Shown: positions 41,027-48,668 of the stretch, one piece after another
Layout: each line of letters opens with the position of its first letter
Position numbering within the stretch: the stretch's first letter is position 1
Source of the DNA: a virus
Reading direction: 5' to 3' (one strand)
IMG/VR virus record: IMGVR_UViG_3300047552_000145
Coordinates: 17,267-81,266 of that record
DNA: 64,000 nt
The notes under the pieces: generated by a model
Told to the model about the DNA's origin: nothing
The model's input: the letters and a program-made list of their open reading frames with translations, nothing else
The model's database searches: none
Made by a program: the position numbers and the translations under genes

Positions 41027-41227
41027 AGTAACAGCATGTCCCATGGTGCAACTGCAAGAGGCGGTCGATCATATTTCGGCGGAGCTTCTGGTTTAAATAG
41101 AGCATCCTCTGGATCAACAGTTGGCACGGCGGCACCAGGCGTAGGTGGTCCAGGGGGGCGAACTAACGAGAACTGGGCTGGTGGTGTAGGAACTGCTGGA
41201 GCAGTATTTATTTGGGAGTATAGGTAA
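39866..41227 (+). CDS. Lectin-like domain plus glycine-rich adhesin (paralogue C)
   Basis: Aromatic-rich beta N-domain (DADGGW, KTYRYSVWV, WYLVVGH) followed by the same Gly-rich domain. Confidence 0.75.
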   Translation: MPVQLKKLNNLNLLDLSTWTVGQNTVANFPINGAIAENNRIYDTGPYGQSVLVWGTYPTGGSDADGGWEGTYVMIDNTKTYRYSVWVRRTSSTSAGTFYMGCHSNGSGDVYGLHDGASNTNPYFDYRSTSYFSQNQWYLVVGHIFPHTTPTGTAPHNDTGIWTKKGGKIFGNQGNIPWDCKWSPSANAGMHRTYHYYCGDTTTRLQFYSPRIELVDGNQPTIEHLLNIDLTNPSVQPEAIVYSDGTPQATSANTPTKDHGEIISMSSYTSSGTYTWTRPTNCTKVLVKVVGGGGGAAGYCESGGAGGYAEKLISVENVNSVTVTVGGGGSNTGYYAAAGNGGTSSFGSYVSASGGYGSNQNISHTGGYGGVGSGGDINLYGGGGTGHSNSMSHGATARGGRSYFGGASGLNRASSGSTVGTAAPGVGGPGGRTNENWAGGVGTAGAVFIWEYR

Positions 41228-41689
41228 ATGAAAAGAGCATTAATTAGTTTAATTGAAATTGGTAGAGTTTGTGAAGTTGTAGAACAAGGAAGAGAGTTCG
41301 AAACAACTTCTGATTTTAAATGGGTTGATTGCCCAGACGATGTTTTAACATCACATACATACGATGAAAGCACTAATACATTCACGCCACACAACCCTCT
41401 GGCGATCCCAGGGTTTGTTGAAGAAGGTTACAGAGTTGCTCGTCAGATCGCATATAAGAGCGTAGGTGAGCAAATGGATATGATGTTCAAAGAATTAGCC
41501 GCGACTGGAACTATTGCGCCAGATGGTCCTTGGGCTTCTCACGTCGCCCAAGTAAAAGCCACTATCCCGAAAGATGATCCAGCAGCAGTTATGGAATGGA
41601 ATAAACAACACGCTGCAACTCTAGCTGCCGCTACTGTCGCTGCACCTGCACCAGTAACCGAACCAACTAGCCAAAATCTACCAACATAA
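41228..41689 (+). CDS. Tail-fibre partner/assembly protein
   Basis: F.W.DCPD.V, Y..AR..AY.S.GEQ.DM.F...W..H...VK...PK. Related to 35253..35552. Confidence 0.75.
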   Translation: MKRALISLIEIGRVCEVVEQGREFETTSDFKWVDCPDDVLTSHTYDESTNTFTPHNPLAIPGFVEEGYRVARQIAYKSVGEQMDMMFKELAATGTIAPDGPWASHVAQVKATIPKDDPAAVMEWNKQHAATLAAATVAAPAPVTEPTSQNLPT

Positions 41690-41692
41690 ATA
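41685..41692 (+). promoter_or_regulatory. Late promoter (CATAAATA) for the U32/halogenase pair
   Basis: Core motif overlapping the upstream stop codon, followed by a GAGGTG SD at 41710-41715. Confidence 0.55.
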
Positions 41693-41724
41693 CATTATAA
41701 CAATTTAGTGAGGTGAACGTTTTT

Positions 41725-42960
41725 ATGAATAAATTCTCTAAGAGATTTTCTGTTGCGCATTTTGATAGATTTAGTGGTGAATATGAAGACTTCTATTATA
41801 GGGTCATGAAGAACGCTGATCCAGCGTACTTGGATAACATCCACGATGTTTATTTTGGTAAGTATTTTGAATATGAATACAAGGGTGAGGTTAAACGATG
41901 TGGTAACGCCATGGGTGTTCAAGCATCAGACGCCCAAGTAGATTATTTGTTTAAACTACAAGAAGAAACTGGTGTTGAAATATCTTTAACGTTCAACACA
42001 GTTGAAGTTCCAAACGAGGTTGTATTTGATCACGACATTCGCGCTAAGTTCGTTGAGTGGATTGGTTCATATTATGATAGAGGTTTAAGGTCTTGTACAA
42101 TCAGCTCAGAGCATATTATGCGCACGGGTGAATTACAAGCTAGATGTCCAGACATGCGTTGGAAGTCTACTGTAAATCAGATTGTGGCAGACGCACAGCA
42201 ACTAATTGACTATGCATACCTTGGTTATAATACAATTCTGCTAGACCGTTCTTTAAATAGAAACATTAAAGAGCTTCGCCGTATTCGCGAAGCTCAAAAT
42301 TATCTAAACAGCAAAAACCCTCAAAAGAAACTACTAACATCTCTATTGGTGGCGGAGTCTTGCATCTATAGATGCCCGTTCAAGAAAGAACACGACGCTG
42401 TTGGTGAACATATCAGTACAGAATACTTTGCTGGACCAGCGAACCTTTCATGTAACGGATGGAGAGGTCTACAACAATTCGCAGAACTACCACGTTCAGG
42501 TATTGACTTGGTTGCCAACGACGCTACTATGTTTAACAAGTTCTTTGATTTAGTTGATATTTTTAAATACTCTGGTCGTTTGACAGTCCCAGCAACCAAC
42601 TTAGAAGATACCGAACACCTAAAGGCAGTTTGGTTCTATAAGGGTGGCGACAGGTTTAAGCAGGTTATTAAGTTCGCAAACGAAACAGTTTATGCTGATA
42701 ACTTTCAAGATATTGTTGAAAATAACTTAATGCCAATCCACGAATGGGTTCCAGGATGGGTTGATGTAAGGACTGTAAAGGGTGATTACACAAAAACCTT
42801 CAAAGGATACAACGGCATTTGGACAACTGAAGGTGGTAAAAAACTAGAGAAGTTGTTATCTTCTTGTAGAAACCAATGTTGGGATTGCCACGAGTGCGAG
42901 CGTACTTTTGGATTCCAAGACATTGACTCAGCATTACAAATAAGGAAAGAATTTAAATGA
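41725..42960 (+). CDS. U32 'peptidase'-family Fe-S protein (putative O2-independent hydroxylase-like enzyme)
   Basis: STVN..V, G...I.LDRSLNRN..EL..I, LLVAESCIYRCP...H, a further Cys (LSCNG), VDIFKYSGR (equivalent to U32 SLKIEGR), and a C-terminal CRNQCWDCHEC. ATG 41725 follows the GAGGTG SD. Confidence 0.75.
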   Translation: MNKFSKRFSVAHFDRFSGEYEDFYYRVMKNADPAYLDNIHDVYFGKYFEYEYKGEVKRCGNAMGVQASDAQVDYLFKLQEETGVEISLTFNTVEVPNEVVFDHDIRAKFVEWIGSYYDRGLRSCTISSEHIMRTGELQARCPDMRWKSTVNQIVADAQQLIDYAYLGYNTILLDRSLNRNIKELRRIREAQNYLNSKNPQKKLLTSLLVAESCIYRCPFKKEHDAVGEHISTEYFAGPANLSCNGWRGLQQFAELPRSGIDLVANDATMFNKFFDLVDIFKYSGRLTVPATNLEDTEHLKAVWFYKGGDRFKQVIKFANETVYADNFQDIVENNLMPIHEWVPGWVDVRTVKGDYTKTFKGYNGIWTTEGGKKLEKLLSSCRNQCWDCHECERTFGFQDIDSALQIRKEFK

Positions 42961-44579
42961 TGAAAAACCAAATTAACTCTATCACGATTGTTGGCGGTGG
43001 AAGTTCTGGTTGGATGACAGCAGCAGCTATTTCTAAGCAACTCCCAGAAGTAAAATTAACATTGATTGAATCGCCAAACATTCCAATCATTGGAGTTGGA
43101 GAATCTACAATTGGTCATATTAATGAGTTCTTAAGTTTATTAGATCTCAAGGATGAGGATTGGATGCCTCACTGTAATGCAACTTATAAAACTTCTATCA
43201 AGTTCATTGACTTTAGAGAGAATCCAAAAGAAGAACCTCATAAGTTTCACTATCCATTTGGTATGTTTGATTTCACGGATAAACCAAGATCTATTATGGA
43301 TTGGTTTATCAACAAGGTACACAACCCAGAAATTGACAATTCAAACTTTGCAGAGTTCTTTCATGATTCAATCTTGATGACTGATAAGAACAAGCTAACA
43401 AAGAATGAAGATGGAAAGGTTCGAGGTTTTGATTTTAGAACCGACACTGCGTACCACATGGACGCCACAAAGTTTGGTATATTCTTACGAGATAAACTAT
43501 GCCTACCATCAGGTATGACACATATTCTCGATGATGTTACTGAGGTTAATAAAGACGAAAACGGTTACATTAAAACTATCTCCACAAAACAATCTGGTGA
43601 TCTACACGCTGATTTGTTCATTGACTGTACTGGTTTTAAATCTTTATTATTAGAACAAGCGATGGGTGTAGAGTTTGTGTCTTTTCACGATACCCTAATG
43701 AACGATAGTGCTATCGCTACTATCATCCCTTATATCGACAAAGATAAAGAGATGGAAAACTACACAAGTTGTACAGCGATTGAAGCTGGATGGGTTTGGA
43801 ATATTCCTCTATGGAATCGTATCGGCACTGGATATGTTTATTCTTCTAAGTTCGCCACTAAGGAAGAAGCCGAAGCGCAGTTTAGAAAACACTTAAAAAG
43901 CAACCGTATGATATTCCCAGACGCAGAACGTGCGGATACTTGCGAAGTGCGTCATATTAAAATCAAACATGGTGTTCATAAAAAGGCATGGGAAAAGAAC
44001 GTTATCGGTGTTGGTTTGTCTAATGGCTTTATTGAACCGCTAGAGTCGACAGGGTTGATGTTAACTCATGAGTGTATCACAAAGATTATTAGCCTGTTGA
44101 AGATGAGAAATCGAAATGTAACACGCTTTGATGTTGACACTTTCAATTACGCTTTTTATGAACAGATCTTAGGGTTTAAGGAATTTATCTCCCAGCACTA
44201 TGCGCTGTCGATGAGGAACGATACTCCATATTGGAAACATGTATCTGGTAATGTTGAGTATTCAAAGTCTATGACAGAATTTGTCCCAGCTATTCTAACA
44301 TCAAACCAAGACTTGGCTTCTAGGTTGTTTAGGTCTAGAGTATTTGATAACTCTTCAATGAGCGGCATCATCTATATCGCAGCGGGTATGGGTTATAACC
44401 CAATAGATTCTGCTAAGATTAAATACCAGAACTTAAAATATATGGAAACTGTTGATGGACAGAAAGAAGTGTATTCTAACTGGCTCTTACATAAAGAAGA
44501 AGTATTAAAACATATCGAAACTCTTGAGACTCACTATAAATTCCTTGCAAGAACTATTCATAAAACGGAAGAAGCATAA
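42957..44579 (+). CDS. Flavin-dependent halogenase (tryptophan-halogenase family)
   Basis: IVGGGSSGWM, IGVGEST, ATYKxxIKF (catalytic Lys position), AYHxDA, FIDCTGF, GWVWNIPL (WxWxIP), FIEPLESTG. Confidence 0.92.
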   Translation: MMKNQINSITIVGGGSSGWMTAAAISKQLPEVKLTLIESPNIPIIGVGESTIGHINEFLSLLDLKDEDWMPHCNATYKTSIKFIDFRENPKEEPHKFHYPFGMFDFTDKPRSIMDWFINKVHNPEIDNSNFAEFFHDSILMTDKNKLTKNEDGKVRGFDFRTDTAYHMDATKFGIFLRDKLCLPSGMTHILDDVTEVNKDENGYIKTISTKQSGDLHADLFIDCTGFKSLLLEQAMGVEFVSFHDTLMNDSAIATIIPYIDKDKEMENYTSCTAIEAGWVWNIPLWNRIGTGYVYSSKFATKEEAEAQFRKHLKSNRMIFPDAERADTCEVRHIKIKHGVHKKAWEKNVIGVGLSNGFIEPLESTGLMLTHECITKIISLLKMRNRNVTRFDVDTFNYAFYEQILGFKEFISQHYALSMRNDTPYWKHVSGNVEYSKSMTEFVPAILTSNQDLASRLFRSRVFDNSSMSGIIYIAAGMGYNPIDSAKIKYQNLKYMETVDGQKEVYSNWLLHKEEVLKHIETLETHYKFLARTIHKTEEA

Positions 44580-44582
44580 ATA
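44575..44582 (+). promoter_or_regulatory. Late promoter (CATAAATA) for neck genes
   Basis: Core motif upstream of gene 13. Confidence 0.55.
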
Positions 44583-44609
44583 ATATATTAGCTAATAACC
44601 GAGAAGAAT

Positions 44610-45575
44610 ATGGCTGTCGCAACTAGAGAACAATTAAAACAATATGCGCTGCGAGCACTAGGTGCTCCAGTGCTAGAGATCAACGTGGACGATGTACAGT
44701 TAGAAGACCGTTTAGACGAAGCGTTAGATTACTGGAATTTATACCACTACGAGGGTGTAGAGCAGATGTATTTGAAGCACCGTATTCGTGCTTCTACTCT
44801 AAACCTTCAATCTAACAACGGTACAGACTTTGTGGTTGCTGAGGTTATCACTGGAGCTACTTCTGGCGCACAAGCCAAGGTTATTCTAGAATCTGGTAGT
44901 CAACCTGTCAACGGAAGTATCTATGTACGAAATGTAACTGGTACATTCGTTGCTGGAGAAACTATTACTGGTTCTTCTGGTCATACTGCTGTTCTTGCTG
45001 CAACCAATCCAGTCACTCTTGGCGAGTACGATCTAAAATACATTACAACACCAGACTACGTTTATGGTGTTACTAAAGTTTTAAATATTGGTCAAGCATC
45101 ATCGTCTAAAAATATCTTTGACTTACAATACCAACTTCGCTTAAACGACTTATACGACCTTACTTCTACATCTATCGTATATTATAAAACAGTGATGTCA
45201 CACTTGGCGATGCTTGACCTTGAATTAAACGGACACCCATTGTACCGTTTCAATCGTATGCAAAACCGTTTGTACCTTGATGTAAATTGGGAAACTGATA
45301 TCATTATTGGCGACTACGTTTTATTACAAGGATACCGTGCTATTAACCCAGCAGACTTCGCTAAAGTATTTGGCGAGCCTTGGTTGAAACACTATGTAAC
45401 TGCGCTATTTAAAAAGCAATGGGCAGTTAACATTAAGAAGTTCTCTGGTTTACAACTACCAGGTGGTGTTACTCTTGATGGTGATAAGCTATACGCTGAA
45501 GCTGTTAAAGAGATTGAAGATCTAGAAGACGAACTACGAACAAAATCAGCACCACTTGACTTCTTCTTGGGGTAA
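44610..45575 (+). CDS. gp13: Neck protein
   Basis: LR.LGAPV.EINVDD.Q.EDR.DEAL, QYQLRLNDLYDL, W.K.Y.TAL.K.QW..N..KF.G.QLPGGVTL.G. Confidence 0.95.
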   Translation: MAVATREQLKQYALRALGAPVLEINVDDVQLEDRLDEALDYWNLYHYEGVEQMYLKHRIRASTLNLQSNNGTDFVVAEVITGATSGAQAKVILESGSQPVNGSIYVRNVTGTFVAGETITGSSGHTAVLAATNPVTLGEYDLKYITTPDYVYGVTKVLNIGQASSSKNIFDLQYQLRLNDLYDLTSTSIVYYKTVMSHLAMLDLELNGHPLYRFNRMQNRLYLDVNWETDIIIGDYVLLQGYRAINPADFAKVFGEPWLKHYVTALFKKQWAVNIKKFSGLQLPGGVTLDGDKLYAEAVKEIEDLEDELRTKSAPLDFFLG

Positions 45576-45578
45576 TAC

Positions 45579-46238
45579 ATGGCAACTAATCCATACTTCA
45601 CCCAAGGGACAACAAGAGAACAAGATCTCATCGAGGAGATCATCATTGAGTCTTTGAAGATCTACGGTAAAGACTTCTTATACATTCCTCGCACTCAGGT
45701 ATCAACAGACCGTATCTTCGGCGAAGATCGTTTGAGTAAATTCGAGCACGCTTATCCAATTGAGATGTACTTTGATAACATTGAGAGTTTAGCGGGTCAG
45801 GGTGCTATGATTCAAAAGTTCGGTTTACTAATGGATCAGTCTGCAACTCTAACAGTTGCCCGTAAACGATGGACAGATTTAATCGGTGTGCACGGTACAA
45901 CATATCTTCCAAACAGACCAAACGAAGGTGATTTGATTTATTACCCTTTAACTAAAGGTTTGTTTGAAATCAAGTTCGTTAAACACCAAGAGCCTTTTTA
46001 TCAACTAGGTCGTTTGTATACTTACAAACTCGACGTTGAATTATATCAATACTCTTCTGAGAAAATTGATACAGGTATTGCTGATATTGATACGTTTGAA
46101 ACTCTCAAGTCTTTCGACGTGGCAATCAACCCTCAAGTTGAAGACGCTACTGGTTTCGCAGACAACCAAACATTCAAAGATAAGGCTGTTTCTGAAAATG
46201 CGGTGTTCAATGAGAACAATCCATTTGGAGAAGTTTAA
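45579..46238 (+). CDS. gp14: Neck protein
   Basis: NPYF, EQ.L.E..I.ES.KIYG.D..Y.PR, RPNEGDLIY.P, PFYQLG, F.E.NPFGE. Confidence 0.95.
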   Translation: MATNPYFTQGTTREQDLIEEIIIESLKIYGKDFLYIPRTQVSTDRIFGEDRLSKFEHAYPIEMYFDNIESLAGQGAMIQKFGLLMDQSATLTVARKRWTDLIGVHGTTYLPNRPNEGDLIYYPLTKGLFEIKFVKHQEPFYQLGRLYTYKLDVELYQYSSEKIDTGIADIDTFETLKSFDVAINPQVEDATGFADNQTFKDKAVSENAVFNENNPFGEV

Positions 46239-47008
46239 TGTTAAATAATAGCGTATTTTATCACGGTATTGTTAGGAAATGTATTATCGGATTCGGTCGT
46301 CTGTTTTCTAACATCTATATTGACCGCAAAGAAGATGACCCAGTAAATGGTCCAACTGTTCAGAGATTACACGTTCCATTGTCTTATGCGCCGAAGGAAA
46401 AATGGTTAGTTCGTTTGGATGAAGATCCAACATTAGAGAACCACACGCTGACTTCTCTACCTAGAATGTCATTTGAAATTATCGCATACACTTACGATTC
46501 TTTGCGTAAGGTTAACCGTATGCAATATATGAAGAACGATGCCGCAGTTGCTAATGGCGATACATCTACATCTATTGTAAGAACTCCAGTCCCATACAAC
46601 ATTGATATGTCGTTGTACATCGTTACAAAGACACAAGAAGACGCCCTTCAGATTATCGAACAAATCCTTCCTTGGTTTACCCCAGAATATTCTATGACCA
46701 TTAATGCCGTAGATGATATGGGTATTACTTTGGATGTGCCAGTTGTTCTGAACTCAGTTATTGTTTCTGACGAATTTGAAGGTACGTTCCAACAAAGACG
46801 TTTTGTTATTCACACTATTAACTTCCAAATGAAAGTTTCTATGTTTGGTCCAGTTTCTCAACAAGGTGTTATCCTTCAAGCTGATGCTGGTTTAGGTATT
46901 AATACTGCTCCAGCAACTCCAATCGACGCCACATATCGCGCAACTGGAGAGTTTGGTCCAAACGGCGAACAGATAATCACTTCTGATGGATGGATTAACG
47001 AACTCTAA
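46238..47008 (+). CDS. gp15: Tail sheath stabiliser / completion protein
   Basis: FYH...RK.I..FG.LF, VPLSYAPKEKW, LPRMSFE, PVPYN, QI.EQILP.F.P. Confidence 0.95.
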   Translation: MLNNSVFYHGIVRKCIIGFGRLFSNIYIDRKEDDPVNGPTVQRLHVPLSYAPKEKWLVRLDEDPTLENHTLTSLPRMSFEIIAYTYDSLRKVNRMQYMKNDAAVANGDTSTSIVRTPVPYNIDMSLYIVTKTQEDALQIIEQILPWFTPEYSMTINAVDDMGITLDVPVVLNSVIVSDEFEGTFQQRRFVIHTINFQMKVSMFGPVSQQGVILQADAGLGINTAPATPIDATYRATGEFGPNGEQIITSDGWINEL

Positions 47009-47014
47009 TAAATT

Positions 47015-48592
47015 ATGGCTGAAATTTATAATAGTAATGCGAACTTAAAAGCTGCTGGTATTACCTTTCAATTTACTCCTGACCAAGTTCAGGAGTATGT
47101 TAAGTGCTCTCAAGACCCAATCTACTTCATTGAAAACTACTGTTACATCGTTACGCTTGACTATGGTTTAAAGTTATTCAAGTTATATGATTGTCAAAAG
47201 AAGAAGATTGACATCATTCATAATAACCGTCGTGTTATTCTAATGGAAGGTCGTCAGCAAGGTAAGACGACTTCTTCCGCAGCGTACATTCTCTGGTACA
47301 CCCTATTCCAAGCTAACAAACAAGTGGCTATCTTGGCTAACAAAGCTGCAGCCGCACGTGAAGTTTTGGATCGTTATCAGACAATGTATGAACACTTACC
47401 TAAGTGGATGCAACAAGGTGTTACTGGTTGGAACAAGGGTGATATTGAACTAGAAAACGGCTCAAAAGTATTCACCGCTGCTACAGGTAAGTCTGGTATT
47501 CGTGGTAAGTCTGTTAACATGTTGTACGTTGACGAAGCTGCGATTATTCCAAACAACGTTGCCGAAGAATTCTTTACTGCGGTTTACCCAACTATTTCTG
47601 CTGGTCAAACTACTAAGATTCTTCTATCATCCACTCCACTGGGTTACAACCACTTCTGGCGTTTCTGGAACGATGCTGAGAACGACCGTAACGGATTCGT
47701 TCCGCTGTTTATCCCTTATTGGGAAATCCCAGGTCGCGACGCTGCGTGGGCTGAAGAACAAAAGCGTATGCTTGGTGAACTCAAGTTCAACCAAGAGGTT
47801 TTATGTAACTTCCTAGGTTCTAGTCTAACCCTAATCCGTGCCGACGTTATCGCTAAGATGACAGTTGATCAACCTATCCTAAGCAAGGATGGTTTAGACG
47901 TATTTGAGAGACCACAAAAGAACCACACATATTGTGGTGTTATTGATATTGCAGCTGGCGTTGAGGGCGACTCTTCAACTATCCAAATGATTGATATTAC
48001 GGAAACACCATATCGAATCGTGGCTAAGTATAGACGAAATGATATTACACCATTGTTGTTCCCGTCAGTAATCTTCAAAGTAGCTTCTGAATACAACAAC
48101 GCATTTATCCTGATTGAAACAAACGTTTCTGATCAGGTTGCTCAGATTATGCACCAAGAACTAGAATATGAGAATATTCTTATGGTTTCAAGAGCCAACG
48201 GTGTTCAGGCTATCGGTGGTGGTTTCGGTGGACAGAAGTCTCAGTTAGGTGTTAATACTGACAAACGTGTTAAGCGTATCGGATGCCATAACTTCAAAGC
48301 TATGGTTGAAGAAGATAAACTTCTTATCACAGACCCAGACACTATTTCTGAAATCTCTACATTTATTGAAAAACGTGGCTCTTATGAAGCTGACGAAGGG
48401 TATCATGATGACTTGGTTATGCCTTTAGTTCTGTTTGGTTGGCTGACAACTCAGTCTTATTTCAAAGAACTAAATAACATTAATATGCGCAAGATTATGT
48501 ATGAAAAGCAAATTAAGGCTATCGAAGAAGATTTGACTCCATTTGGATTCTATGATGACGGTAAACCTGAAGCCGATCCTTTGAACTTTTGA
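47015..48592 (+). CDS. gp17: Terminase large subunit
   Basis: RQQGKT Walker A, ILANK, ENGS, YVDEAA Walker B, STPLG.NHF, and nuclease motif HDDLVM. Confidence 0.97.
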   Translation: MAEIYNSNANLKAAGITFQFTPDQVQEYVKCSQDPIYFIENYCYIVTLDYGLKLFKLYDCQKKKIDIIHNNRRVILMEGRQQGKTTSSAAYILWYTLFQANKQVAILANKAAAAREVLDRYQTMYEHLPKWMQQGVTGWNKGDIELENGSKVFTAATGKSGIRGKSVNMLYVDEAAIIPNNVAEEFFTAVYPTISAGQTTKILLSSTPLGYNHFWRFWNDAENDRNGFVPLFIPYWEIPGRDAAWAEEQKRMLGELKFNQEVLCNFLGSSLTLIRADVIAKMTVDQPILSKDGLDVFERPQKNHTYCGVIDIAAGVEGDSSTIQMIDITETPYRIVAKYRRNDITPLLFPSVIFKVASEYNNAFILIETNVSDQVAQIMHQELEYENILMVSRANGVQAIGGGFGGQKSQLGVNTDKRVKRIGCHNFKAMVEEDKLLITDPDTISEISTFIEKRGSYEADEGYHDDLVMPLVLFGWLTTQSYFKELNNINMRKIMYEKQIKAIEEDLTPFGFYDDGKPEADPLNF

Positions 48593-48609
48593 CTGAAAAC
48601 AACTAAAAA

Positions 48610-48616
48610 CTAAATA
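48610..48616 (+). promoter_or_regulatory. Late promoter (CTAAATA) for gene 18
   Basis: Intergenic core motif, followed by a small TAGACA...TGTCTA hairpin and an AAGGAG SD. Confidence 0.6.
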
Positions 48617-48668
48617 AATTCGTAGACAGTTTTTGTCTAGGCAATCATTATAAACAAGGAGAACAACA

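Noticed and set aside
37860-41220. Possible diversity-generating retroelement TR/VR pair among the adhesin repeats
   Set aside because: Differences between copies are mostly synonymous third-position changes, not adenine-specific. All copies are coding, and there is no reverse transcriptase in the window.
47015-48592. Intein, intron or homing endonuclease in the terminase or other core genes
   Set aside because: gp17, gp20, gp23, UvsW and gp47 have normal lengths and continuous motifs. No LAGLIDADG, HNH or GIY-YIG ORF was seen.
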